From Escherichia coli (GTDB taxonomy: Bacteria; Pseudomonadota; Gammaproteobacteria; Enterobacterales; Enterobacteriaceae), in NCBI RefSeq assembly GCF_001677475.2, contig NZ_CP015229.1: 64,000 nucleotides of DNA; one strand, written 5' to 3'. How positions within the stretch are numbered: the first letter of the stretch is position 1; every line of letters begins with the position of its first letter. Below, in pieces: positions 36,385 through 47,500 of the stretch. The notes beneath the pieces are model-generated. The model was not told the origin of the DNA and did no database searches. It saw only the letters and a program-made list of their open reading frames with translations. A program made the position numbers and the translations under genes.

Positions 36385-36418
36385 AATTCACCAAATTTGC
36401 TTAACCAGGATGATAAAA

Positions 36419-37852
36419 ATGACGCAATCTCGATTACATGCGGCGCAAAACGCACTAGCAAAACTTCACGAGCGCCGAGGTAACACTTTCTATCCCCATT
36501 TTCACCTCGCGCCTCCTGCCGGGTGGATGAACGATCCAAACGGCCTGATCTGGTTTAACGATCGTTATCACGCGTTTTATCAACATCACCCGATGAGCGA
36601 ACACTGGGGGCCAATGCACTGGGGACATGCCACCAGCGACGATATGATCCACTGGCAGCATGAGCCTATTGCGCTAGCGCCAGGAGACGAGAATGACAAA
36701 GACGGGTGTTTTTCAGGTAGTGCTGTCGATGACAATGGTGTCCTCTCACTTATCTACACCGGACACGTCTGGCTCGATGGTGCAGGTAATGACGATGCAA
36801 TTCGCGAAGTACAATGTCTGGCTACCAGTCGGGATGGTATTCATTTCGAGAAACAGGGTGTGATCCTCACTCCACCAGAAGGAATCATGCACTTCCGCGA
36901 TCCTAAAGTGTGGCGTGAAGCCGACACATGGTGGATGGTAGTCGGGGCGAAAGACCCAGGCAACACGGGGCAGATCCTCCTTTATCGCGGCAGTTCATTA
37001 CGTGAATGGACTTTCGATCGCGTACTGGCCCACGCTGATGCGGGTGAAAGCTATATGTGGGAATGTCCGGACTTTTTCAGCCTTGGCGATCAGCATTATC
37101 TGATGTTTTCCCCGCAGGGAATGAATGCCGAGGGATACAGTTATCGAAATCGCTTTCAAAGTGGCGTAATACCCGGAATCTGGTCGCCAGGACGACTTTT
37201 TGCACAATCCGGGCATTTTACTGAACTTGATAACGGGCATGACTTTTATGCACCACAAAGCTTTTTAGCGAAGGATGGTCGGCGTATTGTTATCGGCTGG
37301 ATGGATATGTGGGAATCGCCAATGCCCTCAAAACGTGAAGGCTGGGCAGGCTGCATGACGCTGGCGCGCGAGCTATCAGAGAGCAATGGCAAACTCCTAC
37401 AACGCCCGGTACACGAAGCTGAGTCGTTACGCCAGCAGCATCAATCTATCTCTCCCCGCACAATCAGCAATAAATATGTTTTGCAGGAAAACGCGCAAGC
37501 AGTTGAGATTCAGTTGCAGTGGGCGCTGAAGAACAGTGATGCCGAACATTACGGCTTACAGCTCGGTACTGGAATGCGGCTGTATATTGATAACCAATCT
37601 GAGCGACTTGTTTTGTGGCGGTATTACCCACACGAGAATTTAGACGGCTACCGTAGTATTCCCCTCCCGCAGCGTGACACACTCGCCCTAAGGATATTTA
37701 TCGATACATCATCCGTGGAAGTATTTATTAACGACGGGGAAGCGGTGATGAGTAGTCGAATCTATCCGCAGCCAGAAGAACGGGAACTGTCGCTTTATGC
37801 CTCCCACGGAGTGGCTGTGGTGCAACATGGAGCACTCTGGCTACTGGGTTAA
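36419..37852 (+). CDS. cscA: sucrose-6-phosphate hydrolase / invertase (GH32)
   Basis: ORF MTQSRLHAAQNALAKLHERRGNTFYPHFHLAPPAGWMNDPNGLIWF... with GH32 WMNDPNG and RDP motifs; start placed at the ATG following AGGA. Confidence 0.93.
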   Translation: MTQSRLHAAQNALAKLHERRGNTFYPHFHLAPPAGWMNDPNGLIWFNDRYHAFYQHHPMSEHWGPMHWGHATSDDMIHWQHEPIALAPGDENDKDGCFSGSAVDDNGVLSLIYTGHVWLDGAGNDDAIREVQCLATSRDGIHFEKQGVILTPPEGIMHFRDPKVWREADTWWMVVGAKDPGNTGQILLYRGSSLREWTFDRVLAHADAGESYMWECPDFFSLGDQHYLMFSPQGMNAEGYSYRNRFQSGVIPGIWSPGRLFAQSGHFTELDNGHDFYAPQSFLAKDGRRIVIGWMDMWESPMPSKREGWAGCMTLARELSESNGKLLQRPVHEAESLRQQHQSISPRTISNKYVLQENAQAVEIQLQWALKNSDAEHYGLQLGTGMRLYIDNQSERLVLWRYYPHENLDGYRSIPLPQRDTLALRIFIDTSSVEVFINDGEAVMSSRIYPQPEERELSLYASHGVAVVQHGALWLLG

Positions 37853-37859
37853 CATAATA

Positions 37860-38855
37860 TCAGGTGGAACAACGGATCAACAGCGGGCAAGGGATCCGCG
37901 TCACTCTTCCCCCTTCACGACCTTCAATAATATGCAATGCAGCTTCCCGCCCGATAATGTCATGTGGAAGCTGAATTGTGGTCAGCGGCGGTAAAAACAG
38001 ATGCCCGACGCCAACCAGATTATCAAAGCCCATTACGGCGACATCCTGCGGGATACGTACCCCCTTCGCCAGGAGAACCTGATAAGCGACAAAGGCTGCG
38101 CGATCGTTACCACATATCAGAACATCAAAATCTGGTTTGCCAGATTGGAAGTGGGCATTGAGTAAACTTGCGAGATCGGTGTAGTGATCATCACCTGTTG
38201 CCATGTGAAATTGTTTCACCTCAGCCAGATCTCGTCCAGCATCACGCCAGGCCTGCTCAAATCCCTGCCGACGATACCCTGTTGCCAACGCACTTTCCGG
38301 TAGCCAGAAGCATAACGGTTGACGATAGCCCGCCGCGAGCAAATGCTGTGTTGATTCATATTGTGCAGTGTAATCATCAGGGATATAACTGGGTAACACT
38401 GGGTCATCCGCCACACAGTTCGCCAATACAATATTTTCACCATACAGAGACTCAGGCAGCGTGATATGTCGCAGCCCCATTGTAGTATAGATAATGCCAT
38501 CCGGACGGTGGGCAAGCAGCTGACGTGCCGCGCGGGCAGCGTCATCTTCAGAAAAAATATTGATTAAAAAACTATTCCAGCCGAACTCGCTGGCGGTTTG
38601 CTCAATGGCAAGCAGAATATCAACAGAGAAAGGAGTGGTAGCAGTGTCCTGCGCCAGCACGGCGAGAGTCGACGGCTTACGTCCTTGAGCGCGCATCTTA
38701 CGGGCGGAAAGATCAGGAACATAATTCAGGGTCTGGATTGCCTGCAATACGCGGTCACGCGTTGCAGGACGCACAGATTCTGCATTATGCATCACCCGGG
38801 AGACTGTCATCATCGACACTCCCGCCAGGCGTGCGACATCCTTTAATGAAGCCAT
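37860..38855 (-). CDS. cscR: LacI-family sucrose operon repressor
   Basis: Track ORF is 397 aa; start placed at MASLKDVARLAGVSMMTVSRVMHN (HTH), giving 331 aa with a periplasmic-binding-protein-like core. Confidence 0.9.
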   Translation of the reverse strand: MASLKDVARLAGVSMMTVSRVMHNAESVRPATRDRVLQAIQTLNYVPDLSARKMRAQGRKPSTLAVLAQDTATTPFSVDILLAIEQTASEFGWNSFLINIFSEDDAARAARQLLAHRPDGIIYTTMGLRHITLPESLYGENIVLANCVADDPVLPSYIPDDYTAQYESTQHLLAAGYRQPLCFWLPESALATGYRRQGFEQAWRDAGRDLAEVKQFHMATGDDHYTDLASLLNAHFQSGKPDFDVLICGNDRAAFVAYQVLLAKGVRIPQDVAVMGFDNLVGVGHLFLPPLTTIQLPHDIIGREAALHIIEGREGGRVTRIPCPLLIRCST

Positions 38856-39097
38856 ACCCATGCCGTTTGCCGTAAAACGGGCACTGTAGCAGAAACAGAC
38901 GTCACTGGCGAGATCCAACGATATTCTTAACGCCCTATCACCCGACACGGCAATACAATAAAAAATAACAATAATTGCCGGATAATTGTACCCAATTCCG
39001 CCCCTGTTCTCGCCAACGAGTAACCATATAGGCAAGTAAGTAAAACATGCCAACTGACATCGCCAACCTGGATAAGAAAATATAAATATGGATCATT

Positions 39098-39316
39098 GTG
39101 CTGCCGCTGTATCCCGACATCAGCCCGGAAATTATTGCGATTGCTATCGGTTCAGGTGCGATTGGCTGCACGATCGTTACGGACTCGCTTTTCTGGCTGG
39201 TGAAGCAATATTGCGGCGCTACGCTTAATGAAACATTTAAACACTATACGACAGCGACATTTATCGCTTCAGTCGTCGCTCTGGCGGGCACATTCCTGCT
39301 GTCATTTATCATCTAA
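39098..39316 (+). pseudogene. dsdX: 3'-terminal remnant of the D-serine permease gene (GntP family)
   Basis: 72-codon frame ...[71 protein letters not shown] immediately upstream of dsdA; only the last ~2 TM helices of a ~445-aa permease are present. Confidence 0.7.
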
Positions 39317-39333
39317 GCGCAAAGAGACGTACT

Positions 39334-40662
39334 ATGGAAAACGCTAAAATGAACTCGCTCATCGCCCAGTATCCGTTGGTAAAGGATCTGGTTGCTCTTA
39401 AAGAAACCACCTGGTTTAATCCTGGCACGACCTCATTGGCTGAAGGTTTACCTTATGTTGGCCTGACCGAACAGGATGTTCAGGACGCCCATGCGCGCTT
39501 ATCCCGTTTTGCACCCTATCTGGCAAAAGCATTTCCTGAAACTGCTGCTACTGGGGGGATTATTGAATCAGAACTGGTTGCCATTCCGGCTATGCAAAAA
39601 CGGCTGGAAAAGGAATATCAACAACCGATCAGCGGGCAACTGTTACTGAAAAAAGATAGCCATTTGCCCATTTCCGGCTCCATAAAAGCACGCGGCGGGA
39701 TTTATGAAGTCCTGGCACACGCAGAAAAACTGGCTCTGGAAGCGGGGTTGCTGACGCTTGAAGATGACTACAGCAAACTGCTTTCTCCGGAGTTTAAACA
39801 GTTCTTTAGCCAATACAGCATTGCTGTGGGCTCAACCGGAAATCTGGGATTGTCAATCGGCATAATGAGCGCCCGCATTGGCTTTAAGGTGACAGTGCAT
39901 ATGTCTGCTGATGCCCGGGCATGGAAAAAAGCGAAACTGCGCAGCCATGGCGTTATGGTCGTGGAATATGAGCAAGATTATGGTGTTGCCGTCGAGGAAG
40001 GACGTAAAGCAGCGCAGTCTGACCCGAACTGTTTCTTTATTGATGACGAGAATTCCCGCAGGTTGTTCCTTGGGTATTCCGTCGCAGGCCAGCGTCTTAA
40101 AGCGCAATTTGCCGAGCAAGGTCGTATTGTCGATGCTGATAACCCTCTGTTTGTCTATCTGCCGTGTGGTGTAGGCGGTGGTCCTGGTGGTGTCGCATTC
40201 GGGCTTAAACTGGCGTTTGGCGATCATGTTCACTGCTTTTTTGCCGAACCAACGCACTCCCCTTGTATGCTGTTAGGCGTCCATACAGGATTACACGATC
40301 AGATTAATGTTCAGGATATTGGTATCGACAACCTTACCGCAGCGGATGGCCTTGCAGTTGGTCGCGCATCAGGCTTTGTCGGGCGGGCAATGGAGCGTCT
40401 GCTGGATGGCTTCTATACCCTTAGCGATCAAACCATGTATGACATGCTTGGCTGGCTGACGCAGGAAGAAGGTATTCGTCTTGAACCTTCGGCACTGGCG
40501 GGTATGGCCGGGCCTCAGCGCGTGTGCGCATCAGTAAGTTACCAACAGATGCACGGTTTCAGCGCAGAACAACTGCGTAATGCCACTCATCTGGTGTGGG
40601 CGACGGGAGGTGGAATGGTGCCGGAAGAAGAGATGGAGCAATATCTGGCAAAAGGCCGCTAA
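39334..40662 (+). CDS. dsdA: D-serine ammonia-lyase (D-serine dehydratase), PLP-dependent
   Basis: 442-aa [34 protein letters not shown]... with PLP-lysine context SGSIKARGG. Confidence 0.95.
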   Translation: MENAKMNSLIAQYPLVKDLVALKETTWFNPGTTSLAEGLPYVGLTEQDVQDAHARLSRFAPYLAKAFPETAATGGIIESELVAIPAMQKRLEKEYQQPISGQLLLKKDSHLPISGSIKARGGIYEVLAHAEKLALEAGLLTLEDDYSKLLSPEFKQFFSQYSIAVGSTGNLGLSIGIMSARIGFKVTVHMSADARAWKKAKLRSHGVMVVEYEQDYGVAVEEGRKAAQSDPNCFFIDDENSRRLFLGYSVAGQRLKAQFAEQGRIVDADNPLFVYLPCGVGGGPGGVAFGLKLAFGDHVHCFFAEPTHSPCMLLGVHTGLHDQINVQDIGIDNLTAADGLAVGRASGFVGRAMERLLDGFYTLSDQTMYDMLGWLTQEEGIRLEPSALAGMAGPQRVCASVSYQQMHGFSAEQLRNATHLVWATGGGMVPEEEMEQYLAKGR

Positions 40663-40770
40663 TTAATTTTCAATGCAGCATCGCCATCCTTTCCCTAGGT
40701 GAGCGATGCTGCCGATGGCGCAGGCTTAAGATTCTACCGTCTTACCTGCTATAGCTCTCTCTTTTTACCA

Positions 40771-42309
40771 TCACCCAACACCTTTCGCTGTAAACGGCGG
40801 TTTCGCAAACCAAACCAATACCGTAAGTAAGATAAAAGCAATAGCCGCCATACGGAAAATCTCATTTGCAGAAATTGAAAGTGACTGCTGAGTTATTTCA
40901 TTATTAATTTCATTAAGAACCCCTGAAAGCGAACCATAGTATTTATCCATAATTTGTGACGATGAATTAAACACGGGGTTAAATTGATCGATTGTTGCTG
41001 TCAACTGACTATGGTGTAATGATTCTCGGCGTCCCCACAGCGTCATTGTCAACGACGTACCAACGGATCCTGACAAGGTACGAAAAAAATTACTCATACT
41101 CGAGGCATTGGCAAATTTATTATCTGGCAAACCTGAAAACGAAATCGTTGTTAAGGGTAAAAAGAAACAGGCGACGGCGAATCCCTGAAAAAACTGTGGC
41201 AAAATGATGCCTGTAAAATCAATCGTTGGCATAAATGTCACAGAACGCCAGTAATAGCAAACCGCATACATTAAAAAACTAAATGTCACCAACAACCGCA
41301 TATCAATTTTGTTGCCATAACGTCCTATCAAAGGTGATATTAATAGCGGCATGATGCCGATGGGCGCATAGGCAAGTCCGGCCCATATCGCATTATACCC
41401 CATCGTTTCCTGGAGTAACTGCGGCATAAGGACTATCGCCCCAGAGTAAAATAAATACGCGCATGTGATACTCACAATACCAATGGTGAAATTACGGGAC
41501 TTAAACAAACTGAGATCAAGAATCGGATTCTCTGAGGTCGACTCCCAAATGACTAAAGAAATCAGAGAAATAACTGACACTACTGTTAGTATTATTATTG
41601 TACTCGAGTTGAACCAATCCAGATCGCGCCCTTTATCAAGCATTATCTGCAAGCCACCAACACCGAGCACTAACAGGGTCAGTCCTGGTAGATTCATTTT
41701 GACCGGTGAAGTCTCAGTTTCTCTTCCTTTAAGTAAGGTTAAGCATAATGTCAGAACGATAATCCCCATAGGGACATTGATTAAAAATATCCAACCCCAG
41801 CTAAAGTTGTCACAAATATAGCCGCCCAATATCGGCCCACATATCGGAGCGATAATTACGGTCATTGACCATAATGCCAAAGCAAATGTTCTTTTTTCTG
41901 GCGGATAATTCCTTAATAATAAACTCTGTGACAGTGGAATTAACGGCCCCGCCATTAACCCCTGAACGACTCTAAAAAATATCAACACATCAAGATTGGT
42001 CGATAGGCTACACATTAATGAAGACAGCGAAAAAAAGGTTACTGAAAGTAAAAATAATCTTAATTCGCCTATTCTTTGTGCCAGCCTGCCGGTAACAGGG
42101 ATCGCAATGGCATTTGCTACGCCAAACGAGGTGATAACCCAGGTGCCTTCGTCTGTTGATGCTCCCAGAAAGCCAGATATTGTCGGTATTGCGACGTTAG
42201 AAATAGTGGAATCCAACATTTGCATAAACGTCGCTAATGACAATGCAATAGTGACGCACCATAACGTCCCACCGGTTAATGGTGCCGGAGTTGATTTAGT
42301 GATTGCCAT
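40771..42309 (-). CDS. emrY: MFS multidrug efflux pump (EmrB paralogue)
   Basis: 512-aa 14-TM ORF; start overlaps emrK stop. Confidence 0.9.
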   Translation of the reverse strand: MAITKSTPAPLTGGTLWCVTIALSLATFMQMLDSTISNVAIPTISGFLGASTDEGTWVITSFGVANAIAIPVTGRLAQRIGELRLFLLSVTFFSLSSLMCSLSTNLDVLIFFRVVQGLMAGPLIPLSQSLLLRNYPPEKRTFALALWSMTVIIAPICGPILGGYICDNFSWGWIFLINVPMGIIVLTLCLTLLKGRETETSPVKMNLPGLTLLVLGVGGLQIMLDKGRDLDWFNSSTIIILTVVSVISLISLVIWESTSENPILDLSLFKSRNFTIGIVSITCAYLFYSGAIVLMPQLLQETMGYNAIWAGLAYAPIGIMPLLISPLIGRYGNKIDMRLLVTFSFLMYAVCYYWRSVTFMPTIDFTGIILPQFFQGFAVACFFLPLTTISFSGLPDNKFANASSMSNFFRTLSGSVGTSLTMTLWGRRESLHHSQLTATIDQFNPVFNSSSQIMDKYYGSLSGVLNEINNEITQQSLSISANEIFRMAAIAFILLTVLVWFAKPPFTAKGVG

Positions 42310-43472
42310 TAAAGTTGTCCATTATGCGAAATAATGTTGCTAATTTCTTTTTCTATCGGACTGGTATCGATAACTAAAGCCTTACTGGTATAAGCCGGCA
42401 TGGACGTCACGGTTGAAGCCAGATCAGGCATCTCAGCAATGTCTTCGTCCTTCGTATCAATAGTTGCAGTCATCGATAAACCAATGCGCAAGGGGTGTTC
42501 CATGAGTTCTTTTGGATCAAGAGAAACTTCAACCGGTACACGCTGAACGATTTTGATCCAGTTCCCTGTCGCATTTTGTGCAGGTAATAAGGAGAACGCA
42601 TTGCCGGTTCCCATATTGATCCCTGTCACCCGGCCATGAAACACAACATTCTCACCATAAAGATCGCTGATAATATTGACCGATTGACCAATCCGTACAT
42701 CCGTGAGTTGTGTTTCTTTAAAGTTGGCATTAACCCACATTTGACGTGCCGGTACGACAGCCATTAACGATTGTCCGGGACTCACTGTTTCGCCGACCTG
42801 AACACTTCGCTGGGCAATATAGCCGGTAACCGGACTCTTAATATCCGTACGTTTAAGCGCCAACCAGGCTTCTTTGGTTGCATCCGCAGCTTCAACGACT
42901 TGTGGCTGACGGTTTAATGGTGTGTTCATTACTAAAGCTTTATTCGCTTTATAAGCCTGGATAGCGGCATTCAATGCCGCTTTGCTACTTATTAACGTAT
43001 CTTTGGTATGCTCCAGCGTTTCTTTTGAAATAACCCCCTGCTTCGCTAACGGCACTCGACGGTTATAATCTTCTAAAGATTGTTGATACTGAATACGTGC
43101 TGAAGCGACTTCGGCACTGTATTGTTTATCCTGTAAGTATAGTTTATTCGTTTGCCGAACAATATTTGCCAGATTATTTTTAGCTTTATTGAGTGCGATA
43201 GTGGCATCAGTTTTATCCAGTGAAACTAAAATGTCACCTTGTCGAACGTAGTTCGTATCTTTATGATTAACTACAGTGACACTACCTGAGACTTGTGCAG
43301 AAATTGGATCTGCATTCCCCGTGACATAGGCGTCATCTGTACTAATCATGTCTTCTAATTCCATTGACCAATAGGCATAGGCACCTGAAAACGCAATAAA
43401 TAAAACTACCGCCAATAAAGAAAAGTATTTTCTTCTGTTAGAATGTTTTTTATTTGAATTAATCTGTTCCAC
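42309..43472 (-). CDS. emrK: membrane fusion protein of EmrKY efflux system
   Basis: 387-aa ORF with N-terminal TM anchor and coiled-coil / HlyD-like region. Confidence 0.9.
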   Translation of the reverse strand: MEQINSNKKHSNRRKYFSLLAVVLFIAFSGAYAYWSMELEDMISTDDAYVTGNADPISAQVSGSVTVVNHKDTNYVRQGDILVSLDKTDATIALNKAKNNLANIVRQTNKLYLQDKQYSAEVASARIQYQQSLEDYNRRVPLAKQGVISKETLEHTKDTLISSKAALNAAIQAYKANKALVMNTPLNRQPQVVEAADATKEAWLALKRTDIKSPVTGYIAQRSVQVGETVSPGQSLMAVVPARQMWVNANFKETQLTDVRIGQSVNIISDLYGENVVFHGRVTGINMGTGNAFSLLPAQNATGNWIKIVQRVPVEVSLDPKELMEHPLRIGLSMTATIDTKDEDIAEMPDLASTVTSMPAYTSKALVIDTSPIEKEISNIISHNGQL

Positions 43473-43645
43473 TATTATCTCTCATTTCGCATAGATGAAA
43501 TTTATGAATTGAATGAAAAGAGTATTCATTCTTCATATCAAACACAGTGCATGTGTTGCACATTATCCCAGGAACGTTGGAGGCCTAATTTAAATGAGGT
43601 GCAAAAAAAACAACAGAGGACTAAACCGTGGCTTTTGCAATACAA

Positions 43646-43663
43646 TTCTTACGCCTGTAGGAT
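43646..43663. promoter_or_regulatory. EvgA box-like inverted repeat in emrK-evgA divergent region
   Basis: TTCTTACG-CC-TGTAGGAT resembles the EvgA consensus TTCYTACA-N2-TGTARGAA. Confidence 0.55.
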
Positions 43664-43887
43664 TAGTGAGAAGACTTATAGTGCTAATGTGAAACTATAA
43701 ATCATCGGTACAATCCCTGATTTTATTGTTGACATTTCATATATGCCGACTATTTATATGGTATACTTGTCGAATTATCTTAAAGGAAGCTCAAATTTTC
43801 TTATTTTTATTGAGAAAATGAGATGATGCCTTATGTCTGTATTACTACAGGGAGAAGGGAGATGCTTCATTGCAAAGGGAATAATCT

Positions 43888-44502
43888 ATGAACGCAATAA
43901 TTATTGATGACCATCCTCTTGCTATCGCAGCAATTCGTAATTTATTGATCAAAAACGATATTGAAATCTTAGCAGAGTTGACTGAAGGCGGAAGTGCCGT
44001 TCAGCGGGTGGAAACACTTAAGCCTGATATCGTCATCATTGATGTCGATATCCCCGGAGTTAACGGTATCCAGGTGTTAGAAACGCTGAGGAAGCGCCAA
44101 TATAGCGGAATTATTATTATCGTCTCCGCTAAAAATGACCATTTTTACGGGAAACATTGTGCTGATGCTGGCGCTAATGGATTCGTGAGTAAAAAAGAAG
44201 GCATGAACAATATCATTGCGGCTATTGAAGCTGCAAAAAATGGCTACTGCTATTTCCCCTTCTCTCTCAACCGGTTTGTTGGAAGTTTAACGTCCGACCA
44301 GCAAAAACTCGACTCCTTATCGAAACAAGAAATTAGTGTCATGCGGTATATTCTTGATGGCAAGGATAATAATGACATTGCTGAAAAAATGTTCATCAGC
44401 AACAAAACTGTCAGCACGTATAAAAGTCGCCTGATGGAAAAATTAGAATGTAAATCACTGATGGATCTTTACACATTCGCGCAACGTAACAAAATCGGCT
44501 AA
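43888..44502 (+). CDS. evgA: NarL/FixJ-family response regulator
   Basis: 204-aa ORF MNAIIIDDHPLAIAAIRNLLIKNDIEIL... with receiver domain and C-terminal LuxR HTH. Confidence 0.94.
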   Translation: MNAIIIDDHPLAIAAIRNLLIKNDIEILAELTEGGSAVQRVETLKPDIVIIDVDIPGVNGIQVLETLRKRQYSGIIIIVSAKNDHFYGKHCADAGANGFVSKKEGMNNIIAAIEAAKNGYCYFPFSLNRFVGSLTSDQQKLDSLSKQEISVMRYILDGKDNNDIAEKMFISNKTVSTYKSRLMEKLECKSLMDLYTFAQRNKIG

Positions 44503-44506
44503 TCAC

Positions 44507-47500
44507 ATGAAGTTTTTACCCTATTTTTTTCTTCTCTGTTGTGGTCTTTGGTCGACCATAAGTTTCGCAGACGAAGATTACATCGAATATCGTGGCATCA
44601 GTAGTAACAACCGTGTCACACTTGATCCACTACGTCTGAGCAACAAGGAATTACGTTGGTTAGCGAGCAAAAAAAATCTTGTGATTGCAGTACACAAGTC
44701 CCAAACGGCTACGTTGTTGCATACCGATTCGCAGCAACGGGTTCGTGGTATTAATGCTGATTATTTAAATCTTTTAAAAAGAGCGTTAAATATCAAATTA
44801 ACACTCCGGGAATACGCCGATCATCAAAAAGCAATGGACGCGCTGGAAGAAGGTGAAGTCGATATAGTGTTATCACATTTAGTTACTTCGCCGCCTCTTA
44901 ATGATGACATTGCTGCAACCAAACCACTGATAATTACCTTTCCGGCGCTGGTCACCACCCTTCACGATTCAATGCGACCGCTTACCTCATCAAAACCAGT
45001 AAATATTGCTCGAGTAGCAAACTATCCCCCTGACGAGGTAATTTATCAATCATTTCCAAAAGCAACAATTATCTCTTTTACAAATTTATATCAGGCATTA
45101 GCATCCGTCTCAGCCGGACAGAATGATTACTTTATTGGTAGTAACATCATTACCAGCAGTATGATTTCCCGCTATTTCACTCACTCCTTAAATGTAGTGA
45201 AATATTATAACTCACCGCGTCAATATAATTTTTTCTTGACCAGAAAAGATTCAATCATTCTTAATGAAGTACTCAATCGATTTGTTGATGCTTTAACAAA
45301 TGAAGTTCGCTATGAAGTATCACAAAATTGGCTTGATACAGGAAACCTGGCCTTTCTGAACAAGCCATTAGAACTCACTGAACATGAAAAACAGTGGATT
45401 AAGCAGCATCCCGATTTAAAGGTGCTGGAAAATCCTTACTCGCCCCCCTATTCTATGACGGATGAAAATGGCTCGGTTCGGGGCGTTATGGGGGATATTC
45501 TTAATATTATTACCTTGCAAACAGGTTTAAATTTTTCTCCGATCACCGTTTCACACAATATCCATGCTGGAACACAGCTGAATCCCGGCGGATGGGATAT
45601 ATTACCCGGTGCTATTTATAGTGAAGATAGAGAAAATAATGTTTTATTTGCTGAAGCCTTCATAACAACGCCTTACGTTTTTGTCATGCAAAAAGCGCCT
45701 GACAGTGAACAAACATTAAAAAAAGGAATGAAAGTTGCCATTCCATATTATTATGAGCTGCATTCGCAATTAAAAGAGATGTATCCGGAGGTAGAGTGGA
45801 TAAAAGTCGATAACGCCAGCGCTGCATTTCACAAGGTCAAGGAAGGTGAACTTGATGCTCTGGTCGCGACACAGTTAAATTCGCGTTACATGATCGACCA
45901 TTACTATCCTAATGAACTGTATCATTTTCTTATTCCCGGCGTTCCGAATGCATCGCTTTCGTTCGCTTTTCCTCGCGGAGAACCGGAACTTAAGGATATT
46001 ATTAATAAAGCACTGAATGCAATCCCCCCAAGCGAAGTTCTGCGCCTGACGGAAAAATGGATTAAAATGCCCAATGTGACCATTGACACATGGGACCTCT
46101 ATAGCGAGCAATTTTATATTGTTACGACATTATCCGTTTTATTAGTTGGCAGTAGCCTTTTATGGGGATTCTACCTGTTACGCTCAGTTCGTCGTCGTAA
46201 AGTCATTCAGGGTGATTTAGAAAACCAAATATCATTCCGGAAAGCGCTCTCGGATTCCTTACCGAATCCAACTTATGTTGTAAACTGGCAAGGTAATGTC
46301 ATTAGTCATAATAGTGCTTTTGAACATTATTTCACTGCGGATTACTACAAAAATGCAATGTTACCATTAGAAAACAGTGACTCACCCTTTAAAGATGTTT
46401 TTTCTAATGCGCATGAAGTCACAGCAGAAACGAAAGAAAATCGAACAATATACACACAGGTATTTGAAATTGATAATGGCATCGAGAAAAGATGCATTAA
46501 TCACTGGCATACATTATGCAATCTGCCAGCCAGCGATCATGCTGTTTATATTTGTGGTTGGCAAGATATTACCGAGACGCGTGATTTAATTCATGCACTC
46601 GAAGTAGAGAGAAATAAAGCGATCAATGCAACTGTCGCAAAAAGTCAGTTTCTGGCAACAATGAGTCACGAAATAAGAACACCAATAAGCTCCATTATGG
46701 GCTTCCTGGAACTTCTGTCGGGTTCTGGTCTTAGCAAGGAACAACGGGTGGAGGCGATTTCACTTGCCTACGCCACCGGACAATCACTCCTCGGCTTAAT
46801 TGGTGAAATCCTTGATGTCGACAAAATTGAATCGGGTAACTATCAACTTCAACCACAATGGGTCGATATCCCTACTTTAGTCCAGAACACTTGTCACTCT
46901 TTCGGTGCGATTGCTGCAAGCAAATCGATCGCATTAAGTTGCAGCAGTACATTTCCTGAACATTACCTGGTTAAGATCGACCCTCAGGCGTTTAAGCAGG
47001 TCTTATCTAATTTACTGAGTAATGCTCTCAAATTTACCACCGAGGGGGCAGTAAAAATTACGACCTCCCTGGTTCATATGGATGACAACCACGCTGTTAT
47101 CAAAATGACGATTATGGATTCTGGAAGTGGATTATCACAGGAAGAACAACAACAACTGTTTAAACGCTATAGCCAAACAAGTGCAGGTCGTCAGCAAACA
47201 GGTTCTGGTTTAGGCTTAATGATCTGCAAAGAATTAATTAAAAACATGCAGGGCGATTTGTCATTAGAAAGTCATCCAGGCATAGGAACGACATTTACGA
47301 TCACTATCCCGGTAGAAATTACCCAACAAGTGGCAACTGTCGAGGCAAAAGCAGAACACCCCATCACACTACCTGAAAAGTTGAGCATATTAATCGCGGA
47401 TGATCATCCGACCAACAGGCTATTACTCAAACGCCAGCTAAACCTATTAGGATATGATGTTGATGAAGCCACTGATGGTGTGCAAGCGCTACACAAAGTC

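Noticed and set aside
38856-39053. 66-codon N-terminal extension of cscR, and the 77-aa ORF at 38938-39171
   Set aside because: The LacI-family HTH begins at MASLKDVARLAGVS; the upstream sequence is the junction region next to the dsdX stub.
40675-40715. Inverted repeat gcagcatcgc...gcgatgctgc downstream of dsdA as a terminator
   Set aside because: The stem is convincing but has a 17-nt loop and no U-tract; it may be a REP-like element or an imperfect terminator, too ambiguous to call.
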